Shown: one piece after another, positions 37,312 through 45,488 of the stretch
Layout: each line of letters starts with the position of its first letter
Position numbering within the stretch: position 1 is the stretch's first letter
Source of the DNA: a virus
DNA: 64,000 bases
Reading direction: 5' to 3' (one strand)
Virus record (IMG/VR): IMGVR_UViG_3300009166_000001
Location: 31,064-95,063 of that record
Notes under the pieces: generated by a model
Databases searched by the model: none
Told to the model about the DNA's origin: nothing
The model's input: only the letters and a program-made list of their open reading frames with translations
Program-made: the position numbers and the translations under genes

Positions 37312-37539
37312 ATGGCGAACATCACCATCAATTCGTACAGCGGCGTCATCTGCTCCGGGTGCCTCTCCCATCATCCGACGAAGGGCTGCATCCGGCTCCA
37401 CAAGACCGGCACGATTCCCCCCGTCAAGATCGTCAACGGGGTAGAGGTCTGCACCGAGTTCGAGACAGATCCAGGTGATTACGATGAACGCGATCCCATG
37501 CTGGACATGGGATCAGACTTCGGCACAGGAAACGAGTAA
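37312..37539 (+). CDS. Hypothetical protein
   Basis: 75 aa, GGAG RBS, Cys cluster. Confidence 0.55.
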   Translation: MANITINSYSGVICSGCLSHHPTKGCIRLHKTGTIPPVKIVNGVEVCTEFETDPGDYDERDPMLDMGSDFGTGNE

Positions 37540-37542
37540 AAC

Positions 37543-37803
37543 ATGACCGCGTACATGCACAGGTTCACCGTCACCGGCATCGACATGTTCCCGCTGGACA
37601 TGCTCCGGTACGACGGATGCCATCCATCCCACGAGGCCGATGCCTCCTCCATCCACCACACCTTCTGCCGTCCCCTTCAAGAGAGGACTCACGCGATCTC
37701 CCTGTCCAGGATCGGGGACAAGGGCTGGAAGCCTACCGAGGGCAGGTGGCAGAGCTTCGGCTGGAAGGTCGTCGCCATCGAGAAGCCCGTGAAGCTGCCA
37801 TGA
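37543..37803 (+). CDS. Conserved-looking phage hypothetical protein
   Basis: 86 aa; FPLDMLRYDGC.P...PTEGRWQSFGW. Confidence 0.7.
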   Translation: MTAYMHRFTVTGIDMFPLDMLRYDGCHPSHEADASSIHHTFCRPLQERTHAISLSRIGDKGWKPTEGRWQSFGWKVVAIEKPVKLP

Positions 37804-38144
37804 ACGGCACCATCGACATCATCGACGGGATCCCCCACGTGAAGGATGACCCCCCCGCCTTCGAGTACGCCGAGCCCATCCAGGTAACAAGGTGGTGGCC
37901 ACTCCCTACTGCCTCCGGACGAGTGAAGCAGGGCGACAAGTGCTTCTACCGCGGCGATGGCTTCTACCTCGTCTACACATCGAACGGCGGCTTCAACTTC
38001 CGGCTCCCCGCCGGTGGATCTACCGAGGCCACGAAGATCATCCGTGAGCCCGTACCTCTTCCGAAAAGGACGAGACTATCCTGTCGCTGGAAGGATGGTC
38101 GCTGGCAGAAGCTATCCAAGCGAGACGGATGGATCGACGCCTGA
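37800..38144 (+). CDS. Hypothetical protein
   Basis: Start moved to ATG 37800 (ATGA overlap). Confidence 0.6.
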   Translation: MNGTIDIIDGIPHVKDDPPAFEYAEPIQVTRWWPLPTASGRVKQGDKCFYRGDGFYLVYTSNGGFNFRLPAGGSTEATKIIREPVPLPKRTRLSCRWKDGRWQKLSKRDGWIDA

Positions 38145-38687
38145 TCGCTGTCCCTTCATCCTCTCCAGTACCTTCTCCCGGTTCTTCTCGTACCACGCCC
38201 GCGCACGCGCCCGCTCCTTCATGCAATTAATTGCAGCGTACTCCCGTTTCTTCGCCAACCGTGCCTCCCGCTTCGGACCTTCCCGATACGCCTTGTCCAA
38301 GACCTTCTTGCAGTCCAGGCACTCCGACGAATAGAGACCCCTTCCACTCCGACGCCGGAACGAGGTCAAAGGCTTCCAGACCTTGCAACGGGTACACGTC
38401 TTGCCCCCGCCCTCGAACTTCATCTCCGCATGGACCTTCCGATGGTCGCCATGGGTCACGAGTTCAAGATTCTCGATCCGGTAGTCAGCCCGGTCCTGAT
38501 TCTTGTGATGAATGTCGTGGCCTTCTGGAACTGGTCCATGATGTTGTTCCCATACCCAGACATGAATCAGCTTGTAGCGGTTGTTCCGGATGGAAGAATC
38601 CCACCAGTGCCATCGTGGATATCCTTCGCAGACGTGAATCTCCGCTTTGGGATTGGGCTTACCGTAGGTCGGGTACTTGGCTTCCAT
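38112..38687 (-). CDS. Free-standing HNH (homing-type) endonuclease with C-terminal zinc finger
   Basis: IHVWVWEQHHGPVPEGHDIHHKNQDRADYRIENLELVTHGDHRKVH; CTRC/CLDC; AGGAGG RBS and TTGACA at 38737-38732. Confidence 0.9.
   Translation of the reverse strand: MEAKYPTYGKPNPKAEIHVCEGYPRWHWWDSSIRNNRYKLIHVWVWEQHHGPVPEGHDIHHKNQDRADYRIENLELVTHGDHRKVHAEMKFEGGGKTCTRCKVWKPLTSFRRRSGRGLYSSECLDCKKVLDKAYREGPKREARLAKKREYAAINCMKERARARAWYEKNREKVLERMKGQRSGVDPSVSLG
38222..38235. repeat. Dispersed 14-bp motif, copy 8 (perfect palindrome TGCAATTAATTGCA)
   Basis: One mismatch to consensus; inside the HNH gene in a different reading frame (AINC). Confidence 0.8.
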
Positions 38688-38782
38688 TCGACACCTCCTG
38701 TTGCGAACAGGATGTATCGTCATGGATTGCTTGTCAAGGGGAAAACATTACAAAGGTCGTGTCAGAGGCCCGTTTTCACGTG

Positions 38783-40288
38783 TCAGACGTTGAGACACGT
38801 GATCCGGCCGTAGAACGATCCACCGCGCAGCATCTTTTTCGCGTAGCGGGTCTTCAGGCCCTTGACGAGAGTGAGGTCTTCGGGGTTGACGAAGGTGGCG
38901 CTCACCTCGATGGGGATGTAGGGAGCGTAGACGTAGCCCGCGTGGATGAAGGACGGACCCTTGTATCCGATCAGGATGCCGTCGTTGGGGAAGTAGGGGT
39001 CCTGGTAGACCACGTACTTCTGCTTCAGGGTTCCCATCTTGGCCACGCCGAACTGGGTCTGGACGGCCCCGATGGACATCGGAGTCACCTCTCCGTCGAA
39101 CTTGCCACCGAACTCCGAGGTCCAGATCGGCTGGTAGTCCCCGTGGCTCTGAAGCTGCGACAGGTGCGCCATGATGTCCGGGCTCGTCACCTGGAAGTTG
39201 GCAGGACCGCGACGGATCTTCTTATGGATGTCCGACGCCACCTTGTCCATCTTAGTGAGGATAGTCCTGTACCACTCCATGTCCGTGTAGCCCGAACCCG
39301 CAGGGATGGCGAAGTCGAACGTCTCCGCGAGCGCCGTCCCGAGCGCCCACAGATCCATGATGATCTCCCGGTCCACCTCCAGCGCGATCTGCGCCGTGGC
39401 GAAGTCCGTCACCGTCGCCTCCGCGTCCATCCCGTGCATCGCCCGGAAGTCCTCGATGGCGTTCGAGGTGATCCTGGCCTTCAGCCTCCGGTCCCTCGCC
39501 TTGATCGCCTCCAGCGTCACGTCGAAGTAGTATTCCGACGCGAGCGTGTTGTTCTCCGAGTTGTAGAAGTATTCCGCCGTGATCGCGTGGCCCGCCAGCG
39601 GAGCTATCGGGAACAGGAACCCGGAGATCGCGCCGTTCGAGTAGTTGATCGTTCCGGCCGCGCCGACGAATCCGCCCGACCCGTTGTCCAGGACTTCCTG
39701 CACGACCGCGCCCAGGGCGTCGTACTCGCGGATCCTGACGTAGTAGCCGTCCGTGATGTTCAGCGGACGAACCGGCGTCCAGCCCAGGCTGATCGACAGC
39801 GGCGCTCCCGCACCACCGAAGTCCACGCCGTTGCCCGTGGCGATCCGCTCGCGGTCGATGAACTCCGACGTGTAGAACCTGTCGAAGTTGTCGTAGACCG
39901 AGCTTCCCGCCGTGCTCTGGCCCTTCGACTTGCCGTAGTACACGTCCATGTAGAAGATCCCACCGACCGGCGCGTTCATCGGCTGCACCGACACGATGTC
40001 CGGGGCGATGAGATTGGCGATGAGCTTCTTCAGGATCGGGAAGAGGTACTTCGTGTAGTACGCCACGTTCTGCGTGGTCGTCGCCTCTTCAAGCCTGCTG
40101 GGGTTCCGGAGCGAGTCCAGGTGGTATGCCTGCGACTCGAACATGAACGCACCGATCTTCTTCCTGTGCGGATCCTTGATGCCCTTCAGCACGTCGCCCC
40201 ACTTGTTCATGAGGTACGTCGCCATGGAGGTGTCCAGGATGGTTCCCTTCACGGCTGCCCTGTCGAGCATTTCCCTTGCTTCGGTCAT
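38783..40288 (-). CDS. Major capsid protein (T4 gp23 family)
   Basis: DIVSVQPMNAPVGGIFY, RRLKA, QIALEVDREII, VYQDPY, GYKG, GYVYAPYIP, KTRYAKKM. Confidence 0.96.
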   Translation of the reverse strand: MTEAREMLDRAAVKGTILDTSMATYLMNKWGDVLKGIKDPHRKKIGAFMFESQAYHLDSLRNPSRLEEATTTQNVAYYTKYLFPILKKLIANLIAPDIVSVQPMNAPVGGIFYMDVYYGKSKGQSTAGSSVYDNFDRFYTSEFIDRERIATGNGVDFGGAGAPLSISLGWTPVRPLNITDGYYVRIREYDALGAVVQEVLDNGSGGFVGAAGTINYSNGAISGFLFPIAPLAGHAITAEYFYNSENNTLASEYYFDVTLEAIKARDRRLKARITSNAIEDFRAMHGMDAEATVTDFATAQIALEVDREIIMDLWALGTALAETFDFAIPAGSGYTDMEWYRTILTKMDKVASDIHKKIRRGPANFQVTSPDIMAHLSQLQSHGDYQPIWTSEFGGKFDGEVTPMSIGAVQTQFGVAKMGTLKQKYVVYQDPYFPNDGILIGYKGPSFIHAGYVYAPYIPIEVSATFVNPEDLTLVKGLKTRYAKKMLRGGSFYGRITCLNV

Positions 40289-40316
40289 GGCCTTGTTTCC
40301 TTTTCAGCTAGGAGAT

Positions 40317-42170
40317 TCACTCCTCGATTACGTCCTTCGGGCGAACACCGAGCCGTTCCATCGTCTCCTGGAAGTCAGCCTGTGCAGCCATGGACGGGCG
40401 GCTCCCACCATCCTGCTTCTCGTCCTCCTTCAACGTCTGCACTCCACGAGGCTCCGGAGGTGCCTGACGTACCGGGACGACAGCATTCTTGATGATCATC
40501 GCTGCCTCTTCCACACTGCTCACGCGCTCGACCAGGGGACGCAACCTCGCGGCGTCCGACCGCCCACTCAGCATCTTCTCCACTTCGACCTTGATCGACA
40601 TCTGCTCGACTTTGGACTGGAGTTCCTTGCCGCGATCCTCCAGCGTCCGGATCTTGTGCTCGTACTTCTTCTCGTCCGTATTGGCCTCCGCTTCGATTCG
40701 CTTGGCCTCACGGTACAAGTCCTCGTACTTGCCTACCAGTTCCGTCGCCTTCTGGTTCGCTTCGTCGCACCGCTTCTTCCACGACTCGATCTCTGCTCGA
40801 AGCTCCGCTACCACGACATCGTGCTTCGACTTGACTCCCTCGATCTCCTCCGACCTTGCCTTCTCGATCTCTCCTAGCTGCTTCTCCAACCGGGACAAGG
40901 CTTCCCGGTGTTCCGTGCGTTCCTTCTCCAGTTGATCGATGTTGGCTTCAGCCTTCAGAGCCTTGTTCTCGCTCTCCTTCTTCTCGAACTCAGCGATTGC
41001 CGAGTCCAGCGCCTTCTTCCACTCCTCCTTCGTGTGCTTCGCAGGGCTCCCCAGGAGGTCCAGGACAGCCTGCCTGTACCCCTTCCCGCCCAGTGCCCTC
41101 TCTGCGTCCACCAGGAGCGTTAGCTGCTCGCCCATCGACGCCAGGAGCCTCGTCTGCTCATCGAGCTTGCCGTAACTCGCTTCGAGCATCCGGTACTTGC
41201 CCTGTGCATCTTCGAGCGCCTTGCTCAGATCCTCGATCCGCCCCTTGAACTCCTCCGGCACCAGGATGTTGCGCCGCGACAGGATCCGACCCACTTCCTC
41301 CAGGGCTTGCCTGTCCTGCACCGGAGCCAGCGTCGTGAGCAGATTCTCCCGCTCCTCCTCCGCAATCTGCGCCCGGTACTGCGCTATCGCATCGAGCGTC
41401 AGGGTCCTGAACTCGTCCTTCTGCTCTGCCAGCTTGTTCTGGAACTCGCTCCGCACGATCTCGACCGCATGATCGAATCCCTCGAACTGGGCAGGCACCT
41501 GCACGCGGGTCCTCGTGTGCTCCTGGATCACGTGCTCCGTCAGTTCCGCAGCCAGACCAGGGAAATCTCGCCTTAGCACCTCGTAGGTGACGACCATCTC
41601 CTCGATCTGCTGTAGATCCTTCGCCTCCTTGACCAGCTTCGGGTACGCATCCTTCGCTGCGGGATCCACCACCGCATCGAACGTGACCAGCATGAAGTCG
41701 TTGTTCACGTCCTCGATGTTGTCCTTGCCCGGCGTCGTGGTGCCCGTGCCACGGCTCGATGTCCCGAGTCGTCCATGGGCCTTGCAGATCGCAGACTGGA
41801 TCCTGCCGTTCGGGGTGTCCAGGAGATCCCACCCGCCGAACAGTTCACCGTTCTCCTTCAGGTCCAGGTGGGTGATGATGTGACTGACTCTCTGGAACAG
41901 GGTACGTCCGTCCGCTGGATGATCTGTCTCACCGTAGACGCCCCTCGCCTCGATGTGGGGAGCGAGCCTCTTCAGGTTCGACTCGAAGATCCCCCTGCCG
42001 TACCTGCGGTTGTTCGCCGTGGGTATGTCCGCGTGCGCGAACTTCCCCTCGATGTGCCCCAGGATATGCAGCTTGCCCCCCGACTTCGACTCCACGACCC
42101 CATCCGGAGTGAACTGGTAGTCGGTAGGAGAAAGGAAGATTACGTCTTCCAGAAGCCTCTTTTCGACCAT
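40317..42170 (-). CDS. Prohead protease (gp21-like) fused to coiled-coil scaffold (gp22-like)
   Basis: NNRRY, GETDHP, VSHII, LDTPNG, GTSSRGTG, FDAVVDPA, then long coiled coil; start moved to ATG 42170 (GGAGG RBS). Confidence 0.92.
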   Translation of the reverse strand: MVEKRLLEDVIFLSPTDYQFTPDGVVESKSGGKLHILGHIEGKFAHADIPTANNRRYGRGIFESNLKRLAPHIEARGVYGETDHPADGRTLFQRVSHIITHLDLKENGELFGGWDLLDTPNGRIQSAICKAHGRLGTSSRGTGTTTPGKDNIEDVNNDFMLVTFDAVVDPAAKDAYPKLVKEAKDLQQIEEMVVTYEVLRRDFPGLAAELTEHVIQEHTRTRVQVPAQFEGFDHAVEIVRSEFQNKLAEQKDEFRTLTLDAIAQYRAQIAEEERENLLTTLAPVQDRQALEEVGRILSRRNILVPEEFKGRIEDLSKALEDAQGKYRMLEASYGKLDEQTRLLASMGEQLTLLVDAERALGGKGYRQAVLDLLGSPAKHTKEEWKKALDSAIAEFEKKESENKALKAEANIDQLEKERTEHREALSRLEKQLGEIEKARSEEIEGVKSKHDVVVAELRAEIESWKKRCDEANQKATELVGKYEDLYREAKRIEAEANTDEKKYEHKIRTLEDRGKELQSKVEQMSIKVEVEKMLSGRSDAARLRPLVERVSSVEEAAMIIKNAVVPVRQAPPEPRGVQTLKEDEKQDGGSRPSMAAQADFQETMERLGVRPKDVIEE

Positions 42171-42361
42171 CAGTATTTCCTCCAACGGAATCGTCCAGCG
42201 TACTGCGTCCTGCTGATCATCCTGGACCGTCTACGTTCACGCCGGAACTGCACCAGCTTCGCCCGCTTCTTCTTCGCCCCGACCCTCAGAATCTCGCGGC
42301 GACCGGAACGATAGAGCGTTCGACGGCTCCGCTTCGTCTTCGGGTCTAGGCTGTCAAAGGG
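42170..42361 (-). CDS. Arg/Lys-rich -1 frameshift extension of the core protein; not in the ORF track
   Basis: Frame without its own start, entered at C CCT TTG; 63 codons; its TGA overlaps the protease ATG. Confidence 0.65.
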   Translation of the reverse strand, partial: PFDSLDPKTKRSRRTLYRSGRREILRVGAKKKRAKLVQFRRERRRSRMISRTQYAGRFRWRKY

Positions 42362-43146
42362 AGGTCCTCTCCCTCCAGCTTCTCGTAGTGGTCGATGCAG
42401 ACCCCGATGGCCTTCACCGCGCTCACCATCTCGTCGTCCGGGATCGCGCCCTTCCCCTCGTACTTCTCGATCATGGCCACGATGCCGTCGCTCGTCTTCC
42501 GCGCCGACTCCGCATCCGACGCCAGATCCATGTCCTCGAACCTGTCGCCCAGGATCGCCACGATGACCGCCCCGCGCTCCAGGATCTCGATGTCCGTGCT
42601 CTCCACGACCGCCTGCGGCTTGCCCACCTGCTCGTGGAGCTTCGCGGACAGTTCCATCCCGGTGATCTGGAGGCGCTTGCGTCCCGCCGCCTTCTTCATC
42701 ACGTCACCGAGGCGAGCCTTGGCCTTCTTGTACTTCTTCAGGAACCGCTTCCCGGCCGCGCTCTTCTTCCACTTCTTCGCCATCCGGCGCAGCTTCGCCT
42801 TGACCTTGCGGTAGTATTTCTTCGCCTTGCGGGCCTTCTTCCGAACGACCGCCCCGACCTTCTTCTTGATGAACCGCAGAGCTTCCTCCAGCGACTCGTC
42901 CGTGAGCGGCACGAGAGATTCGCTGGTGGGTGCGTCGGTAGAAGGCTGCCCCGCCGGAGGAGTGGCCTGCGCCGCCGCATCCCTCTTCTCCGACTCGACC
43001 TGACCCGGACGCGCTACCGCGCCACCCAGAGCAGCCGCCTCCTTCTCCGGGTCCGGATACATGGCAGCCGTGATCTCGTCCACCGATACGCCCAGGCTCT
43101 TCATCTGGTCTTCGAGAAGCTGGCGTCCCTGCTCTTTCTCGTCCAT
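42346..43146 (-). CDS. Prohead core protein (gp67/gp68-like, Lys-rich)
   Basis: 266 aa; LEE followed by a K/R-rich block; between portal and protease; GGAGGAG RBS. Confidence 0.7.
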   Translation of the reverse strand: MDEKEQGRQLLEDQMKSLGVSVDEITAAMYPDPEKEAAALGGAVARPGQVESEKRDAAAQATPPAGQPSTDAPTSESLVPLTDESLEEALRFIKKKVGAVVRKKARKAKKYYRKVKAKLRRMAKKWKKSAAGKRFLKKYKKAKARLGDVMKKAAGRKRLQITGMELSAKLHEQVGKPQAVVESTDIEILERGAVIVAILGDRFEDMDLASDAESARKTSDGIVAMIEKYEGKGAIPDDEMVSAVKAIGVCIDHYEKLEGEDLPLTA

Positions 43147-43161
43147 CGTAACACTCCTCCG

Positions 43162-43512
43162 TTAGACGTACCCTAGCAAGTCCCTGATGTGCTGCGCCGC
43201 CGCGACCCGATCTCGACCAATGACAGCTTCGACGTAGGCGTTTGCGATTCGTACCTTGTCCCTCTCAACGTCCGTCTCCCGGACGCCGAAGTCTTCAGCC
43301 ATGTCCACGAAGTCACCGATCTTGCCGTCCACCAGATCGGTACTGACGATCTTCCCGTCCTGCGTAGTCGCAAAGACCTTCTTTTCGATGAGTGAGACGA
43401 ACGTCATCCCCTTGTTCGTCACCTGCTCACGGGCTTGTCGGACAGCATTTTCCACCGACTCACGCCGGAGAAATCCGAGCACCTTGACTGGGACTTTCAG
43501 AACCATGCTCAC
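43162..43512 (-). CDS. Hypothetical head-module protein
   Basis: 116 aa downstream of portal. Confidence 0.65.
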   Translation of the reverse strand: MSMVLKVPVKVLGFLRRESVENAVRQAREQVTNKGMTFVSLIEKKVFATTQDGKIVSTDLVDGKIGDFVDMAEDFGVRETDVERDKVRIANAYVEAVIGRDRVAAAQHIRDLLGYV

Positions 43513-43515
43513 CTA

Positions 43516-43544
43516 CAACTACCCATAATTAGGCATCCTGTCAA
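43516..43544 (-). promoter_or_regulatory. Candidate head-operon promoter
   Basis: TTGACA-17bp-TAGTTG (weak -10), motif copy 13 bp upstream. Confidence 0.5.
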
Positions 43545-43557
43545 GGATGATCGCTGT

Positions 43558-43571
43558 TGCAATCAATTTCA
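43558..43571. repeat. Dispersed 14-bp motif, copy 9 (variant TGCAATCAATTTCA)
   Basis: One mismatch; immediately after the portal stop. Confidence 0.8.
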
Positions 43572-45485
43572 CTACGCCGATTTTCGTCCCTTGTCGTACC
43601 GGATGGCCGATCTCATCTCGTTCATGAATGGGATCAGCATCCGAAACCGAGCCCCAATCTTGTCGTGGTGGTTCAGGAGCAAGCCCTGAAGCCTCCCCTC
43701 CATGCGCTTCTCGCTCTCCTTGTTCCCATCCTCCAGGATCCGCCTCATGTTCTTCTGGAGTTCCTCCCCAAGCGCCACGAACCCCCTCTGGTCATCCCGA
43801 TCCATCAGCCCGAAAGCCGTCTTGACGTTCCGATGGCTCTCCCGCCGCCGATCCTTGTACTCCTTGGCAGCCAAGATCATCTGCATGGCCGGAACTGCCT
43901 TCCCCTCTTCCTCTCCACCCATCTCCGCAGCCAACTCCTGCTGCTTCCGCTGGTTCTCGACTTCGGCCTCGCCCTGGAGCTTAGATGCCTCCGCGTTGCC
44001 GAGGCCCTCCACGATGGTTTTCCAGACCTTCTCCTCTGCCCACTGGTCGAACACCGTATCGATCTCGTCATCGGCCCACTTGAAGATGTGCTGGAGAATC
44101 CATCGTACCGACACGAACTCCGAAAGCCGAGCCGCGAGGTCTGCCTTCGCAGCCATGACTTCCACCATCGCCAACTCGAAAATGGCCGATGGGATCGGCA
44201 TGTGGTAGGCAAACTTCTCCGTCTTGTCCAAGTCGTACCCGAGCAGGTACAGGTGCGTGCGTGCGACCTGATTCCAGCCCGTCACCTCTGCCTTCCCAAG
44301 CCTCATGACGGCCCGTGCGAACCTCACGTCCTCGCTCGACAGCAATGCCTTGTTCATCGTCTCAGCGAAGTCCATGTACTGCCGTGGAACCTTCGTGGCG
44401 ACGTAGAACTGCTGCAAGAAGTAGTTCACCTCATCCATACCCTGATAGTCAGGGCCGGAGATTGTCTCGATCCTGCTCTCTTCCTCACCGCCAATGATCG
44501 GGATCCAGAAATCCTCGTCACTTGTGAGAGGATTGAAGCGTGCATCTAGTTGCCCCGTGCGAGGGTTGATGAAGCGCCGCTTCTTGTAGCTGTTCTTGAT
44601 CTGCTGGACGTAGGCGAATGCCTTCTCCGGTGGGAGCTTGTGAGCATTGATGTAGAAGGCGTACCGCCCCGGCGCTCTCGTGAGCTTGTGGACGAGCACC
44701 GCATCTTCCAACATCCGGAGCCGACGCCACACGTAGTCTGCTGACTCCAGGATCCCCAACCCATAGACCGCCCGCAGATCCCGTCGCAGTCTCCAGTGAA
44801 CGATCTCTCCCGGCTCGAACAAGATCACGTTTCCGAGCACTCCGTAGAAGTCTGGATTGTCCCGTGGACGATCCAGATCCCCCTTCCCCTTAGCCTTCGC
44901 CAACAGGCTCACGAAGTCGTCCGCGCTGATGCTCGTACTGGCGATCCTTGCCGATTCGATCTGGTAGAACCCGAGCAGCTTTCCGCGACGATCCTCTACC
45001 CGACGCATCGTTGCCGTGGGCAGATAGTTGATCCCGCACACCCCCTCACCCTCACGGGCCAGGATCTCTCCGAAGTTGTTCCCGTACCGTCCAGTTGTCC
45101 TCGCGTGCGCCCACGCATCGTCCTCGATGTGCAGGTGGTCACGGAGATCGTCCAGGATGCCCTCGATAGCCTTGTCCTTCGACTGCGCCCAGATGACGTG
45201 GTTCTTTATCGAATCGTAGATCGTACAGTCGTCCGCGTATGTGTCCAAAACCAGCGAAGCTAATGGAAAAGTGTCCATCTCCTCGTAGCGACTGTACCTC
45301 GCCAGGAGCGTGTCCTCGAACATCGGCAGTGAGTAGTCGTAGCCAAGGTTCGGGTACGAATCTGGAGTCGATATCGCTCTCGTATTTGCTAGGGTCCAGC
45401 CACGGGCCAGATCCTTCGCCTGCGCGTCCTGCTCCTGCGCGAAGAAGGACGAAAGTGCGTCACGTACCTTTTTCCCAACTCCCAA
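43572..45485 (-). CDS. Portal protein (T4 gp20 family)
   Basis: YGLGILESA...WRRLRMLEDAVLVHKLTRAPGRYAFYI, EDFWIP, IETISG, EDVRFAR. Confidence 0.95.
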   Translation of the reverse strand: MGVGKKVRDALSSFFAQEQDAQAKDLARGWTLANTRAISTPDSYPNLGYDYSLPMFEDTLLARYSRYEEMDTFPLASLVLDTYADDCTIYDSIKNHVIWAQSKDKAIEGILDDLRDHLHIEDDAWAHARTTGRYGNNFGEILAREGEGVCGINYLPTATMRRVEDRRGKLLGFYQIESARIASTSISADDFVSLLAKAKGKGDLDRPRDNPDFYGVLGNVILFEPGEIVHWRLRRDLRAVYGLGILESADYVWRRLRMLEDAVLVHKLTRAPGRYAFYINAHKLPPEKAFAYVQQIKNSYKKRRFINPRTGQLDARFNPLTSDEDFWIPIIGGEEESRIETISGPDYQGMDEVNYFLQQFYVATKVPRQYMDFAETMNKALLSSEDVRFARAVMRLGKAEVTGWNQVARTHLYLLGYDLDKTEKFAYHMPIPSAIFELAMVEVMAAKADLAARLSEFVSVRWILQHIFKWADDEIDTVFDQWAEEKVWKTIVEGLGNAEASKLQGEAEVENQRKQQELAAEMGGEEEGKAVPAMQMILAAKEYKDRRRESHRNVKTAFGLMDRDDQRGFVALGEELQKNMRRILEDGNKESEKRMEGRLQGLLLNHHDKIGARFRMLIPFMNEMRSAIRYDKGRKSA

Positions 45486-45488
45486 CGA

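Noticed and set aside
38770-38785. Partial parS-like TTTTCACGTGTCAG
   Set aside because: Only one half-site matches.
38231-40492. 753-aa plus-strand ORF and similar long antisense or alternate-frame ORFs (742-2520, 22855-24795, 23493-25298, 53089-54531)
   Set aside because: Shadow ORFs of GC-biased real genes; Arg/Pro/His/Val-rich, no RBS, no recognisable motifs.
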